A DNA stretch of 64,000 nt from assembly GCA_963663035.1 (NCBI GenBank), contig OY760074.1, positions 1,568,001 through 1,632,000 of the forward strand. Reading direction: 5' to 3'. The stretch's first letter is position 1; every line of letters begins with the position of its first letter. The translations under genes and the position numbers were made by a program. The DNA comes from Acidobacteriota bacterium. Lineage in GTDB: Bacteria > Acidobacteriota > UBA6911 > RPQK01 > JADFOI01. Below the pieces are notes generated by a model. It ran no database searches and was not told where the DNA came from. It saw nothing but the letters and a program-made list of their open reading frames with translations. Shown here piece after piece: positions 30,829 to 41,782 of the stretch.

Positions 30829-33501
30829 CTACCTCCTGCCTCCTATCTTCCGCAGGACGTACTGTAAAATTCCTCCGTGCCGGTAGTAGGCCAGCTCATT
30901 CGGTGTGTCTATACGCGTGATCACAGGGAAGATTTTTTCAGCTCCGTTATCAGCAACCGCTCGCAGGGTGAGCTTCCCAGCCGGTTGCAGGCCATCCTCC
31001 AGGCCCAGCAGATCATAGGTTTCCATACCGGTCAGACCCAGCGTCTCACGATTCTGGCCTTTTTCGAATTGCAAGGGCAAGACACCCATTCCGATGAGAT
31101 TACTGCGATGGATGCGCTCGAAACTCTCCACCAGAACCGCCTTGACTCCAAGCAACACCGTGCCCTTGGCGGCCCAGTCCCGGGATGACCCGGAGCCGTA
31201 CTCCTTTCCGGCAATAACCAGCAGCGGTACTCCTTCCTCTCGATATTTCATGGCCGCATCGTAGATGGACAGAGGCTCAGGCGAAGAAGGATGGAGGGTG
31301 TATCCCCCTTCGGTTCCCGGCACCAACAAGTTGCGCAGCCGGAGATTTCCGAAGGTCCCCCGCATCATGACCTCGTGATTTCCCCGACGAGATCCAAAAG
31401 AGTTGAAATCTTCGGGGCTAACACCGCAAGAGATCAGATAACTTCCGGCTGGGCCCTCTTTGGGGATGGAACCGGCGGGAGAGATGTGATCAGTGGTCAC
31501 CGAATCTCCCAGCATCGCCAGTACCCGCATTCCCTGGATGTCCTTCAGAGGTGGGGGATCAGGAGGCATGTTCTCAAAAAAGGAAGGCTGTTTAATGTAG
31601 GTGGAACTGTCATTCCAGGCGTACCGATCCCCTTCGGGAACGGGCAAAGCCCGCCATCTTTCATCCCCGCTATAGACATCAGCATACTTGCGGGAAAACA
31701 TCTCACTCTTTACGGCACGGCGCAGGGTGGCGCGGATTTCTTCCTGAGAAGGCCAGAGCTCATGCAGATAAACATCGTTTCCATCCCGATCCTGCCCCAG
31801 AGGCTGGTTGTAAAGGTCGATATCCATCCGTCCAGCCAGTGCGTAGGCCACAACCAAAGGCGGGGAGGCCAAGTAGCTGGCACGAACATGGCGATGGATG
31901 CGTCCTTCAAAATTGCGGTTGCCCGAGAGCACGGAACAAACCACCAGGTTGTGCTCCTGGATAGCATCAAGAATGGGCTCCGCTAGCGGACCGCTGTTCC
32001 CGATACAGGTCGTACATCCGTATCCCACCAGATGGAAACCCAGTTGATTGAGAGGAGACAGCAAACCCGCTTCCTCAAGATACTCCGTGACCACCTTGGA
32101 TCCGGGGGCGAGACTCGTCTTGACCCAGGGTCGGCTCTGAAGACCGCGCTCGACCGCACTCTTTGCCAGCAACCCTGCGGCCACCATGACCGAGGGATTC
32201 GAGGTATTGGTACAACTGGTGATGGCAGCAATGACCACTGCCCCGTGGCTAAGCTCGCCTTCCCCTTCGTTGCCGCTGGGAGCCCCGTTGGTCATGGCCT
32301 TCAAACTCTCCGCAAAGGCCTCCTTGGACCGTCGCAGGGGGATGCGGTCCTGCGGCCGCCTGGGTCCAGCCAGACTCGGCTCCACGGTCCCCATCTCCAG
32401 CTCCAGAGTGTCACTGTATTCTGCCTCCGGACTGTCAGGGGTATGGAACAGACCCTGCGCTTTCGCGTAAGTCTCTACCAGTGCGATCTGTTCGGGGCTG
32501 CGGGCGGTGAACTTCAAATACTCGAGAGTTTCCGAGTCAATCGGAAAGATCGCGCAAGTGGCTCCGTATTCCGGAGACATGTTGCCCAGCGTGGCCCGAT
32601 CGGCCAGAGAAAGCTGCCCAATCCCGGGTCCATAGAACTCAACCAACTTCCCAACCACACCCTTCTCCCGGAGGAGCTGGGTAATGGTCAGCACCAGGTC
32701 CGTGGCTGTCGTACCCTCCGGAAGGGCCCCAAACAATTTAACCCCAACCACCTGGGGGATGAGCAAACTGATGGGCTGGCCAAGCATGGCCGCTTCCGCC
32801 TCGATTCCACCCACACCCCACCCCAGGACTCCAAGTCCATTGATCATGGTGGTGTGGCTATCCAATCCCACCAGCGAATCAGGATAGGCGATTAAACGAC
32901 CCTCTACCTCGGACTCAAACACCACTCGGGCCAAATACTCCAGGTTGACTTGATGCACGATGCCGGTCGCTGGCGGGACCACCCGGAAATTATGGAATGC
33001 GGATTGTCCCCAGCGCAGAAATGCATACCGTTCCCGGTTTCGCTCAAACTCCCTCTCCACGTTGAGCTGGAACGAGTCGGGGCGACCAAAAGAATCAACC
33101 TGAACCGAATGATCGATGACCAGTTCGGCAGGGACCAGAGGATTGATCTTGCTGGGATCTCCTCCCATTTCGGCCATGGCGTCACGCATCACGGCCAAAT
33201 CAACCACCGCCGGAACACCCGTGAAGTCCTGCAGGAGAACCCGTGCCGGGGTGAAAGCGATTTCTCTCTCTGGTGGCTTTTTGGGCTCCCAGTTGACCAT
33301 GGCCTCGATATCTTCCGCCGTCACAGCCTCCCCATCCTCGTGGCGAAGCAAGTTCTCCAGCAGGATCTTCAGCGAGAAGGGTAATCGGTTGATATTCCCA
33401 AGGCCTTTTACCTCGGCGGTGAGATTAAAATAATCCAGTTCCCGTCCGCTCACTGTTAAAGTGGAGCGGACCCCACAACTATCTAAACTCTCTCGCGCCA
33501 T
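30829..33501 (-). CDS. acnA: Aconitate hydratase A
   Basis: [37 protein letters not shown] and [10 protein letters not shown] motifs. Confidence 0.98.
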   Translation of the reverse strand: MARESLDSCGVRSTLTVSGRELDYFNLTAEVKGLGNINRLPFSLKILLENLLRHEDGEAVTAEDIEAMVNWEPKKPPEREIAFTPARVLLQDFTGVPAVVDLAVMRDAMAEMGGDPSKINPLVPAELVIDHSVQVDSFGRPDSFQLNVEREFERNRERYAFLRWGQSAFHNFRVVPPATGIVHQVNLEYLARVVFESEVEGRLIAYPDSLVGLDSHTTMINGLGVLGWGVGGIEAEAAMLGQPISLLIPQVVGVKLFGALPEGTTATDLVLTITQLLREKGVVGKLVEFYGPGIGQLSLADRATLGNMSPEYGATCAIFPIDSETLEYLKFTARSPEQIALVETYAKAQGLFHTPDSPEAEYSDTLELEMGTVEPSLAGPRRPQDRIPLRRSKEAFAESLKAMTNGAPSGNEGEGELSHGAVVIAAITSCTNTSNPSVMVAAGLLAKSAVERGLQSRPWVKTSLAPGSKVVTEYLEEAGLLSPLNQLGFHLVGYGCTTCIGNSGPLAEPILDAIQEHNLVVCSVLSGNRNFEGRIHRHVRASYLASPPLVVAYALAGRMDIDLYNQPLGQDRDGNDVYLHELWPSQEEIRATLRRAVKSEMFSRKYADVYSGDERWRALPVPEGDRYAWNDSSTYIKQPSFFENMPPDPPPLKDIQGMRVLAMLGDSVTTDHISPAGSIPKEGPAGSYLISCGVSPEDFNSFGSRRGNHEVMMRGTFGNLRLRNLLVPGTEGGYTLHPSSPEPLSIYDAAMKYREEGVPLLVIAGKEYGSGSSRDWAAKGTVLLGVKAVLVESFERIHRSNLIGMGVLPLQFEKGQNRETLGLTGMETYDLLGLEDGLQPAGKLTLRAVADNGAEKIFPVITRIDTPNELAYYRHGGILQYVLRKIGGRR

Positions 33502-33514
33502 TTTAAAATCTCCT

Positions 33515-33711
33515 TAGCTCGCATTATGTATAGGTTTTCGTAGCGAAGTGGCGCAAGCGTCGCGATGACAAGGCGTGTGAGGGATACCCGCTCGCGGCTC
33601 GCGCTCCGCTGGCGTACTCTTGCAGTACGTCGAGGAGCGCAAGGAAACACAACGACGTCAGCGCGAAAGATTGCGACACTGTAGCAGAAACTTTATTCAT
33701 AATGCGGGCTA
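33515..33711. mobile_element. MITE-like element, family 1 (divergent copy)
   Basis: TIRs TAGCTCGCATTATG / CATAATGCGGGCTA with a shared core (GATGACAAGGCGTG, GCGTACTCTTGCAGTACG). Confidence 0.8.
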
Positions 33712-33759
33712 TTTACCACGATACTGCCATCACCAGGTAAAGACAACCGGCTCCCCCCT

Positions 33760-35166
33760 TTACTTCCGATAAAGATGGGTAGCCTGTCCCAGAAAGGCCT
33801 CAGCCGCTTCGCCCAGGGTCTCAGAGAGGGTGGGATGGGTGTGAATGATATTGGCCAGATCTTCTGCCACTGCTGCCATTTCAACAGCCAACACACCTTC
33901 GGCAATGAGTTCCCCGGCATGGGGCCCAACCAATCCAACGCCCAGAACCTGACCGGTCTGGGGATCAAAGATCATCTTGGTCAATCCCTCTTTTCTGCCA
34001 ATCGTTAGTGCTCGACCCGAAGCAGCCCAGGGAAAACGTGTGACCTTGATCTTCCGGCCCTCACTCTTGGCCTGAGTTTCAGTCAAGCCGCACCAGGCGA
34101 CCTCGGGATCGGTGAAGACCACGGCCGGGATGGCTACATTATCAAAGGCGACAGATTGTCCCGCGATCACCTGGGCAACCAGCTTCCCTTCCCGGGTGGC
34201 CTTGTGGGCCAGCATGGGGAGAGCGCCCACATCACCAATGGCAAAAATATCGCTGTCGGCCGTGCGGCATTGCTGATCGACCTGAATGGACCCTTTTTCA
34301 TCTCTCTCGACCTTTGTGTTCTCCAGACCCAACTCATCCGAATTGCTCTGACGTCCCACAGAAACCAGGACCTTTTCAAAGGTCCTCTGCTCGCCGATCT
34401 CGCCCTCAAACTTGGTCTCGATGCCTTGTTTGGTCTCCTTCATTGCGACAACCCTGGTATTGAGGTGAACCAGGGCAAACAATTCCTGAATCCGTCTGCC
34501 CAGGGGCCTGACCAAATCCCGATCAACCCCCGGCAGCAGACCATCGGTCATCTCCACCAGGGTTACCTGGCTCCCCAGAGATGCATAGACAGTTCCCAGT
34601 TCTAATCCGATGTACCCACCTCCTACCACCAGCAGTGTTTTGGGCACCTCCTCCAACTTCAGTCCCCCCGTAGAGTCCATCACTCGATCACTTTCAATTT
34701 CAATCCCCGGTATTCCCATCGGTCGAGAACCCGTGGCAATGATGGCGTGTTTGAACTTGATCTGGGAAACCTCACTGTCCTTCAGGCGCAGCGAGTGGGA
34801 GTCTTCAAAACTGGCACAGCCACGTATGAACTCGACCCCGCGACGATTGGCCAGGTCAGAGAGCCCCTTGGTGAATTGACTCACGACCCCGTCTTTCCAT
34901 TCACGCACTTTTTCCAGATCAATTTGGGGCTCACCAAAGCGAATCCCAAACTCCTCTCCTCGACGCGCTTCGCTCAAAAGGAGTGAGACAAAAAGGAGTG
35001 CCTTTGAGGGGATACAGCCGGCATGAAGACAGACTCCGCCAAGCGCTTGGCGGCTGTCCACCAGCGTGGTCTGCAAACCCAGGTCGGCGGCATGAAATGC
35101 TGCGGCGTAACCACCGGGGCCTGCACCGATTACAACAACCTCTGTCTTTCGTGACGACTCTCCCAT
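33760..35166 (-). CDS. lpdA: Dihydrolipoyl dehydrogenase
   Basis: GAGPGGY, GGVCLHAGCIPSK and HTHPTLSE motifs. Confidence 0.95.
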   Translation of the reverse strand: MGESSRKTEVVVIGAGPGGYAAAFHAADLGLQTTLVDSRQALGGVCLHAGCIPSKALLFVSLLLSEARRGEEFGIRFGEPQIDLEKVREWKDGVVSQFTKGLSDLANRRGVEFIRGCASFEDSHSLRLKDSEVSQIKFKHAIIATGSRPMGIPGIEIESDRVMDSTGGLKLEEVPKTLLVVGGGYIGLELGTVYASLGSQVTLVEMTDGLLPGVDRDLVRPLGRRIQELFALVHLNTRVVAMKETKQGIETKFEGEIGEQRTFEKVLVSVGRQSNSDELGLENTKVERDEKGSIQVDQQCRTADSDIFAIGDVGALPMLAHKATREGKLVAQVIAGQSVAFDNVAIPAVVFTDPEVAWCGLTETQAKSEGRKIKVTRFPWAASGRALTIGRKEGLTKMIFDPQTGQVLGVGLVGPHAGELIAEGVLAVEMAAVAEDLANIIHTHPTLSETLGEAAEAFLGQATHLYRK

Positions 35167-35264
35167 TCGATCGGCTCCTTTCTTGATCTGCGACCCTGTC
35201 AGTATACTGTGTCGGCATTTTCTGAGCTCCGACCGATGTCGTGTTATTGTGATTTAATTGGATC

Positions 35265-36059
35265 ATGCAACAATATCTCGCCCTGCTGGAGCATATTCTC
35301 CAGCACGGTGTAAAGAAGGATGATCGCACTGGTACTGGGACTCTCAGCGTCTTCGGCTACCAGATGCGCTTCACTTTGGGGGAACGGTTTCCCCTGCTCA
35401 CCACCAAAAAGTTGCACCTCCGTTCGGTCATTTATGAACTCCTGTGGATGCTCTCAGGAAGCACGAATGTTCGCGATTTGAACCAGCATGGGGTCACCAT
35501 CTGGGACGAGTGGGCCGACCAGGAGGGCAGCCTCGGTCCTGTTTATGGTTACCAATGGCGCTCCTGGGCAGCTCCGGGGGGAGATCAGATCGATCAAATT
35601 TCCAGGGTGGTCGAGCAGATTCGGACCGATCCGCATTCCCGCCGCCACATCGTGAGCGCCTGGAACGTCGCCGATACCGACAAAATGAAGCTTCCTCCCT
35701 GTCACACTCTTTTTCAGTTTTACGTCAGCAGGGGCACGCTTTCCTGCCAGCTCTATCAGCGCAGCGCAGACGTCTTTTTAGGGGTTCCTTTCAACATTGC
35801 TTCTTACGCCCTGCTCACCATGATGGTCGCCCAGATCTGTGGGTTGGAACCGGCTGAATTTATTCATACCCTGGGCGATGGACACCTTTACAGCAACCAT
35901 CTCGAGCAAGCCAGACTTCAGCTCACCCGAGAGCCGAGGCCTCTCCCACAAATGAGACTGAACCCGGAGGTCAGGTCAATCTTCGAATTCGATTATCAGG
36001 ACTTCACCTTGGAGAATTACGATCCCCATCCCCACATTTCCGCGCCGGTCGCCGTATGA
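35265..36059 (+). CDS. thyA: Thymidylate synthase
   Basis: [12 protein letters not shown] and [18 protein letters not shown] motifs. Confidence 0.98.
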   Translation: MQQYLALLEHILQHGVKKDDRTGTGTLSVFGYQMRFTLGERFPLLTTKKLHLRSVIYELLWMLSGSTNVRDLNQHGVTIWDEWADQEGSLGPVYGYQWRSWAAPGGDQIDQISRVVEQIRTDPHSRRHIVSAWNVADTDKMKLPPCHTLFQFYVSRGTLSCQLYQRSADVFLGVPFNIASYALLTMMVAQICGLEPAEFIHTLGDGHLYSNHLEQARLQLTREPRPLPQMRLNPEVRSIFEFDYQDFTLENYDPHPHISAPVAV

Positions 36060-36571
36060 GGCTCTCTCTCATTGCCGCCATGTCAGCCCACCGGGTGATC
36101 GGGCGAGACAACAGCCTGCCCTGGAAGCTGCCGGCGGATTGGAAGCACTTCAAGAACCTGACCATGGGACACCACCTGCTCATGGGGCGCAAGACCTTTG
36201 AGTCCATCGGCCGCCCCCTTCCCGGTCGAACCACTGTGGTGATCACCCGCCAAAGCGGTTACAGCCCGACAGGAGTGCTTGTGGCCCACTCCATCGAGCA
36301 AGCGCTGCAACTGGCTGCCCAGGACAGTGAAGTGTTTGTGGCTGGCGGAGCGGAGATTTACCGTCAGATGCTTCCTCGAGTTGACCGAATCTATCTGACT
36401 TCCATTGACAAAGACTTTGAGGGAGATACGTTTTTTCCGGATTTTGATGAGTCCGACTGGCAGCTGATCTCCCAGGAAAACCGAGAACCCGATGAAAAGA
36501 ACGCCTATCCCTACACCTTTCTGACCTATGTAAGAAAGAATACAGAAGACAGAAGACAGAAGACAGAATGA
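36056..36571 (+). CDS. folA: Dihydrofolate reductase
   Basis: [30 protein letters not shown] and GGAEIY motifs; overlaps thyA. Confidence 0.96.
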   Translation: MRLSLIAAMSAHRVIGRDNSLPWKLPADWKHFKNLTMGHHLLMGRKTFESIGRPLPGRTTVVITRQSGYSPTGVLVAHSIEQALQLAAQDSEVFVAGGAEIYRQMLPRVDRIYLTSIDKDFEGDTFFPDFDESDWQLISQENREPDEKNAYPYTFLTYVRKNTEDRRQKTE

Positions 36572-36659
36572 AGATTTCGGACACGGGAATAAACTTTTTG
36601 AGCACGAAAGCACGAATGCACGAATTCAGCACCTGAGATGCCTCCCAGGCACGGATAAC

Positions 36660-37187
36660 ATGCAAGAACGAACCACACTGGTACTGAGCGGGGTCGTTTT
36701 ACTTTTGGCCGGGACGGCCTGGCTGCGAGGTGGATGGGAACTGGCCCTGGCCGGGATAGCGGGTGGGTTTCAATCATTGTTCCTGATGGCACCCTTGCTG
36801 CTGTGCGCTTTCTTTCTCGCCGGCCTGATTCAGAACCTCTTAACCCAGGAAAGAGTCACCCATTGGCTGGGAAAAGGCTCGGGCGTGCGAGGCATTTTGC
36901 TCGCTTGTGCCAGTGGAGTACTGATCCCTGGCGGACCCTACATTTACTATCCCATAGCCCTCACGCTACTCAGGGCCGGTGCCAGCCTGGGGGTCGTGGT
37001 GGGCTTTGTCTCAGCCAAGAACCTGTGGCCCATCGTGCGCTTGCCCTTAGAGTTCGCCTTACTGGGCCCACGCCTGACGGTGGCTCGACTGGTGGCCACA
37101 CTTCTGGTGCCTCCGCTGCTGGGCTTTCTTTCCCAGGCGCTGGCTGGACGACAGGTGGAGCACATCCGCCAGGGGATCAAATTATGA
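36660..37187 (+). CDS. Half-size predicted permease (ArsP/DUF318-like)
   Basis: Hydrophobic protein with WLG..SG..GI.LA...G.LIPGGPY..YP motif. Confidence 0.75.
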   Translation: MQERTTLVLSGVVLLLAGTAWLRGGWELALAGIAGGFQSLFLMAPLLLCAFFLAGLIQNLLTQERVTHWLGKGSGVRGILLACASGVLIPGGPYIYYPIALTLLRAGASLGVVVGFVSAKNLWPIVRLPLEFALLGPRLTVARLVATLLVPPLLGFLSQALAGRQVEHIRQGIKL

Positions 37188-37672
37188 GCATGGCGACCTT
37201 TAGCCTCCTCATACCGACACTGATCATCTTCATCTACACCTGGAGGCGGCACGATGGCAGCCTCCGGCGCGGCCTCATGCAAGGCTGGCACACCCTGCTG
37301 GGTGTCTTTCCTCTGCTGATCATGGCATTTATCACCATCGGCTATGTCCGAGTCCTACTTCCCCAGGACGGGCTTCAGAACTGGATTGGACCTGATTCCG
37401 GGTGGGGAGGATTGTTTCTTGCCGAGGGAATGGGGGCGCTAATGCCCGGAGGTCCCTACGTCGTCCTTCCCCTCATCAGTACCCTTCACGAACTCGGCAC
37501 CGGACTGGCACACACGGTCATTCTCGTGACCAGCTGGTCGAGCCTGAGCTTGTTGAATGCCCTCTTCGAAATTCGCTTTATCGGCTGGCGTTTTACCGCC
37601 ATCCGGTGGACGCTGATGTTGCCCGTTCCGCTGCTGGTCGGCCTTCTGGCCCAGGCCCTGTTCGGCGAGTAA
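37184..37672 (+). CDS. Half-size predicted permease (ArsP/DUF318-like), paralogue of the upstream gene
   Basis: WIGPDSG..GL.LA...G.LMPGGPY..LP motif; ATGA overlap with the upstream gene. Confidence 0.75.
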   Translation: MSMATFSLLIPTLIIFIYTWRRHDGSLRRGLMQGWHTLLGVFPLLIMAFITIGYVRVLLPQDGLQNWIGPDSGWGGLFLAEGMGALMPGGPYVVLPLISTLHELGTGLAHTVILVTSWSSLSLLNALFEIRFIGWRFTAIRWTLMLPVPLLVGLLAQALFGE

Positions 37673-37766
37673 TCCTCAATCCGGGCGCCTTTTCTCACAT
37701 AACACCAGTAAATTCCTATATCCTGATCTTGTGGGCTAACAATAGCTATGACACGGAGGAGAAACT

Positions 37767-38354
37767 ATGACTGTGGTATTAATCTTCCTAATAGTGGTGG
37801 TGGGGCTCATCGCCTGGGTAGCCGGCATGTACAACCGGCTGGTGAGTCTGCGCAATCGTTTCAAGAATGCCTTCGCCCAGATTGATGTCCAGCTCAAACG
37901 GCGCTACGACTTGATTCCGAATCTGGTCGAAACAGCCAAGGGTTATATCAAGCACGAGCGGGAGACACTGGAGGCGGTGGTCAATGCACGCAATCAAGCC
38001 TCGGCGGCCAGTGACCGTGCTGCTGAGAGCCCCGGGGATCCCAATTCCATGAAAGGACTGATGACTGCAGAGACGGCCCTGGGCGGGGCCCTGGGACGCC
38101 TGCTTGCCGTGGTAGAGGCCTATCCTGACTTGAAGGCCAATCAAAATATGGCCCAACTCATGGAAGAGCTCAGCACCACGGAAAACAAGATCGCTTTCGC
38201 TCGACAGTCTTACAACGATTCCGTCATGGTCTACAACACGCGCTGTCAAGTCTTCCCCAGCGTTATCGTTGCCAACACCATGGGCTTCACCCAGGCTGAA
38301 CTGTTCGAAATCGAGGCGGCCGAAGAACGGGAAGCTCCCAAGGTCTCCTTCTAA
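37767..38354 (+). CDS. lemA: LemA family protein
   Basis: YNRLV, QIDVQLKRRYDLIPNLV, EAYPDLKANQN and TENKIAFARQ.YND motifs. Confidence 0.95.
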   Translation: MTVVLIFLIVVVGLIAWVAGMYNRLVSLRNRFKNAFAQIDVQLKRRYDLIPNLVETAKGYIKHERETLEAVVNARNQASAASDRAAESPGDPNSMKGLMTAETALGGALGRLLAVVEAYPDLKANQNMAQLMEELSTTENKIAFARQSYNDSVMVYNTRCQVFPSVIVANTMGFTQAELFEIEAAEEREAPKVSF

Positions 38355-38441
38355 AGGAAGTCTGGAAGAATTCCTGGGCTGTCCCTGAATTTCTTTTCTC
38401 GAAAACACCGAGGCGACATGACGGTTCCTGCAACCCATACG

Positions 38442-40514
38442 ATGGATTTTTTTGAGTATCAGGACCAGGCCCGCCGGAGTACCCGGTGGTTGATCGCTTA
38501 CTTTACTCTAGCGGTGATCCTGATCATTCTTGCCATCTATCTCGCCGTGATCGCGATCTTTTTCGGCTTCACTGTCCAAGACGGCATCGAACTTCCATTT
38601 CAATGGTGGAGACCTGATTTTTTCCTGTGGATCACGGCGGCAGCTGTGAGCGTCATAGTGATTGGAAGCGTTTACAAGGTTCTCGCGCTTTCACAGGGCG
38701 GAGAGGTGGTGGCCCGCTGGCTGGGAGGTCGTCTGCTCGATTCCAACACCAAGAATTCTCAGGAACGCCGTCTTCTCAACGTGGTGGAAGAAATGGCCAT
38801 CGCCTCCGGAACACCCGTGCCCTCGGTCTTCCTCCTGGAAAAGGAAAAGAGCATCAACGCCTTCGCCGCTGGCTACAGCCCCACAGACGCCGTGATTGGG
38901 GTGACGCAGGGAACCATCCAGATCTTGTCTCGAGACGAACTGCAGGGAGTGATTGCCCATGAGTTCTCCCACATCCTCAACGGAGACATGCGCCTGAACC
39001 TTCGGCTGATAGGGGTTTTAAACGGCATTCTGGTGATTGCCATGATTGGATATGGGATCCTGAGGGGCGCCCGCGTCTCCAGCAACAGGAAGGGGGGCGG
39101 TGCTCCTATCCTGCTGTTGGGAGGTGCGCTTCTTCTCATCGGCTACGTGGGCGTCTTCTTCGGCAAACTCATCAAGAGTGCCGTGTCACGGCAGCGAGAA
39201 TTCCTGGCTGACGCCTCAGCCGTTCAGTTCACGCGAAATCCCGCCGGTATCGCCGATGCGCTCAAAAAGATCGGAGGCCTCGCCTACGGCTCCCGCATCG
39301 AAAACCCCAAGGCTGAGGAGGCCAGCCACCTGTTCTTTTCAAATGGGATACATCGCGCCAGACGGAAATCCACCCTGGGAGGCAACATCCCCCCCGTGCA
39401 GGCCCAAGGTGCCTTCAGCTTCATGGCCACTCATCCTCCGCTGGCGAAGCGCATCAAACGTATCCAACCATCCTTTGAGGGCAACTTCCCGGTGGTTGAG
39501 ATTCCGACCAAGAAGACACTTGCCGACCGCGACAAGGAAGAGTTGGCAGCTCTTGAGGCCAAGGCCGGGGCCGGGGCCGCCACCTCTAAGCCAACAGCAC
39601 CCACCCCTCCCCCAGGGGCTCCAGCGGCCCAGACCATTCCAGTGATTCCACAAGAGATGACTCAGCTCTTTGGGAAGCTGACGGAGGCACATCTGGCCTA
39701 TGCCACCCTTCTTCTTTCGGAGCTGCCCCCGCAGTTGACCGCTCAAGTCCATGAACCCTCCACAGCCCGGGCCATCATTTTTGCCTTACTCCTGAGCCGC
39801 GACTCGGAGACCCGTCGGGCTCAGTTTCGACTGCTCAACGAGTCCAAGGATCAGCTGGTGGCTCGAGAGACTCTGGAGATCTCAACACTAATTGACCGAT
39901 GTCCTCCAGAAACACGCCTTCCCCTGGTTGACCTGGCCGTGCCGGCCTTGCGGGCTCTATCCCTTCCCCAGTATGAGGAGTTCACTCGAGAGGTAGAGCA
40001 ATTGGTTGAGGCTGACCAGAAGCTCGACTTGTTTGAGTACACGCTGCATCATGTTCTGCGCCGCCATCTCGATTCGCACTTCCGCGAAACTCAACCTTCA
40101 GCCCCCAAGTATCGCTCCCTGGCACCACTCAGCAAAGAAATCGCTCTCTTGCTGTCGAGCCTGGCCCATGTCGGACACGAGACGGAAGAGCAGGCCAGGC
40201 AGGCCTTTGCCCAAGGAGTGGAAGAGTTAACAAAAAGCCGCCTCACACTCAGTATGCAGAAGGAAGAGGAGTCCGGGTTTCAAGCGCTGAGCAGGGCCCT
40301 GGACCGTCTCACGCTGGTCACCCCTCTTCTCAAGCGACGGCTCCTGCGAGCCTGTGGTGCCTGCGTGAGTCATGACTATCAGGTAACAGTCCAGGAGGGT
40401 GAATTGCTGCGAGCCATCGCCGATTCCCTCGACTGCCCCCTGCCACCTCTTCTGGCGGGTCAATCAGTCCGCCGAACTGCTGAAGTACCGAAAACTACCG
40501 AGCCCAGTGCTTGA
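38442..40514 (+). CDS. M48 family (HtpX-like) zinc metalloprotease, long form
   Basis: MDFFEYQ start, INAFAAG, AHEFSHILNGD, SRQREFLADA and THPP motifs; downstream of lemA. Confidence 0.92.
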   Translation: MDFFEYQDQARRSTRWLIAYFTLAVILIILAIYLAVIAIFFGFTVQDGIELPFQWWRPDFFLWITAAAVSVIVIGSVYKVLALSQGGEVVARWLGGRLLDSNTKNSQERRLLNVVEEMAIASGTPVPSVFLLEKEKSINAFAAGYSPTDAVIGVTQGTIQILSRDELQGVIAHEFSHILNGDMRLNLRLIGVLNGILVIAMIGYGILRGARVSSNRKGGGAPILLLGGALLLIGYVGVFFGKLIKSAVSRQREFLADASAVQFTRNPAGIADALKKIGGLAYGSRIENPKAEEASHLFFSNGIHRARRKSTLGGNIPPVQAQGAFSFMATHPPLAKRIKRIQPSFEGNFPVVEIPTKKTLADRDKEELAALEAKAGAGAATSKPTAPTPPPGAPAAQTIPVIPQEMTQLFGKLTEAHLAYATLLLSELPPQLTAQVHEPSTARAIIFALLLSRDSETRRAQFRLLNESKDQLVARETLEISTLIDRCPPETRLPLVDLAVPALRALSLPQYEEFTREVEQLVEADQKLDLFEYTLHHVLRRHLDSHFRETQPSAPKYRSLAPLSKEIALLLSSLAHVGHETEEQARQAFAQGVEELTKSRLTLSMQKEEESGFQALSRALDRLTLVTPLLKRRLLRACGACVSHDYQVTVQEGELLRAIADSLDCPLPPLLAGQSVRRTAEVPKTTEPSA

Positions 40515-40536
40515 CTAGCCCACAGTTCAGGACTCG

Positions 40537-40625
40537 TTCGGGGCCTGAGGCCCCTCCCACCTTCTGACCGCTCTCCTTCTTCTATCCCATCCCCTCTTTC
40601 GGTGGGAGGCACCTCAGGTGCCGAA
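40537..40625. repeat. REP-like doublet (inverted pair) between convergent genes
   Basis: Reverse copy TCGGGGCCTGAGGCCCCTCCCAC (~40538-40560) and forward copy GTGGGAGGCACCTCAGGTGCCGAA (40602-40625). Confidence 0.7.
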
Positions 40626-40637
40626 TCCTCAACGTTC

Positions 40638-41735
40638 TTATCTTATCCGGTAGTTTCTGGCCTGTTCGCGAACCTGCTCAACGTCGAAATCATTGGCACA
40701 CTCCACCACTTCGTTGCTGTACAACGACCTCACCAACTCGTCGGTCACCTCACCTTCCAAACCCATCAGCTCGACAATTTTCATCCACTCTTCATGACTG
40801 TAAGCCCCGTGCTTTTTTACCAGCTCGTCGCTGGGATCCCACTTGTACATTCTCGAGCGCATCACGGCCAGTGAAAATTGCAGGGCCTGCTCTTCGCTGA
40901 CCCCGGTCGGTTTGGACTCGGGATAGACCTTCCAGTGGATGTGGATGGCGGCTTCCGGATTCTCGAAGGCGAACTCGACTCCTTTGGCGAGCCCGCGAAC
41001 GTAGGCACAGACCTCCTTTCGGTTCGTCCTCAAGTAATCCCGGCGAACGAACAGCCCTCCCTGAAAGTAAGAGTCCATATATTCCGTGTCTGGAAGGTAG
41101 CGGTACTGTGCCCCAACCTGCTCCATGGCGGCCAGGATGGTATCGGACTGGATCAGAGCATCGATCTGACCCTGCTGCAGCAGTGCGGTCGAGCTGGGAC
41201 CCGTGCCCACAGCCACAATGTCCACATCATTCTCAGGATCAATCCCCAGGCTCATCAGGATTCCCTTGGCATAGGAGGTACTGGCAGCGGCAAGACTCAG
41301 GGTGCCAAGAGTTTTCCCCTTCACATCCTGGATGGTCTTGATGGGACTGTCAGGCAGAACCACCCAGCTGAAGATGGGGTCTCGGTTCTGGTTGAAGATC
41401 AGAACGATCCCAGCATCCCTGCCCTGGGAGGCGTTCAGGAGCATTGTCTCGGCGCCAATGTAGCCGATTTCGGACCGACCCGAAGCGACCAGCGGAACCG
41501 AGCGCCCACCTCCGCCCAAGGGCGTGACCTCTACATCGATACCCCCTTCTGCGAAGTAGCCCATCTCCTTGGCAATACTGGTTTGGGCAAGCAGCGGATC
41601 GATTTGAGGAGCGCCCAGCGCCCAGCGTAGAATCTTCAGCGACTCGCCCTCCTGTCCCACAACCGAAGTGCAGGTCAGGATCAAAACCAACACTCCAATC
41701 AGGCATGAGATGTTCGGCAACATTTTAGGTTTCAA
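40638..41735 (-). CDS. ABC transporter substrate-binding protein, NitT/TauT (SsuA/THI5) family
   Basis: Signal peptide; AKEMGYFAEGGIDVE, DVKGKTLG and LQQGQIDA motifs. Confidence 0.88.
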   Translation of the reverse strand: MKPKMLPNISCLIGVLVLILTCTSVVGQEGESLKILRWALGAPQIDPLLAQTSIAKEMGYFAEGGIDVEVTPLGGGGRSVPLVASGRSEIGYIGAETMLLNASQGRDAGIVLIFNQNRDPIFSWVVLPDSPIKTIQDVKGKTLGTLSLAAASTSYAKGILMSLGIDPENDVDIVAVGTGPSSTALLQQGQIDALIQSDTILAAMEQVGAQYRYLPDTEYMDSYFQGGLFVRRDYLRTNRKEVCAYVRGLAKGVEFAFENPEAAIHIHWKVYPESKPTGVSEEQALQFSLAVMRSRMYKWDPSDELVKKHGAYSHEEWMKIVELMGLEGEVTDELVRSLYSNEVVECANDFDVEQVREQARNYRIR

Positions 41736-41782
41736 GTTCCATCCCTCCTTTGTCAGTTGTCAGCTGTCAGTTGTCAGTGGTT

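Noticed and set aside
35205-35262. TGTCGG/TGTCGT words upstream of thyA as PafBC-type promoter motifs
   Set aside because: The spacing to a TA-N3-T element does not match, and the GTCGG...CCGAC inverted repeat alone is too short to call.
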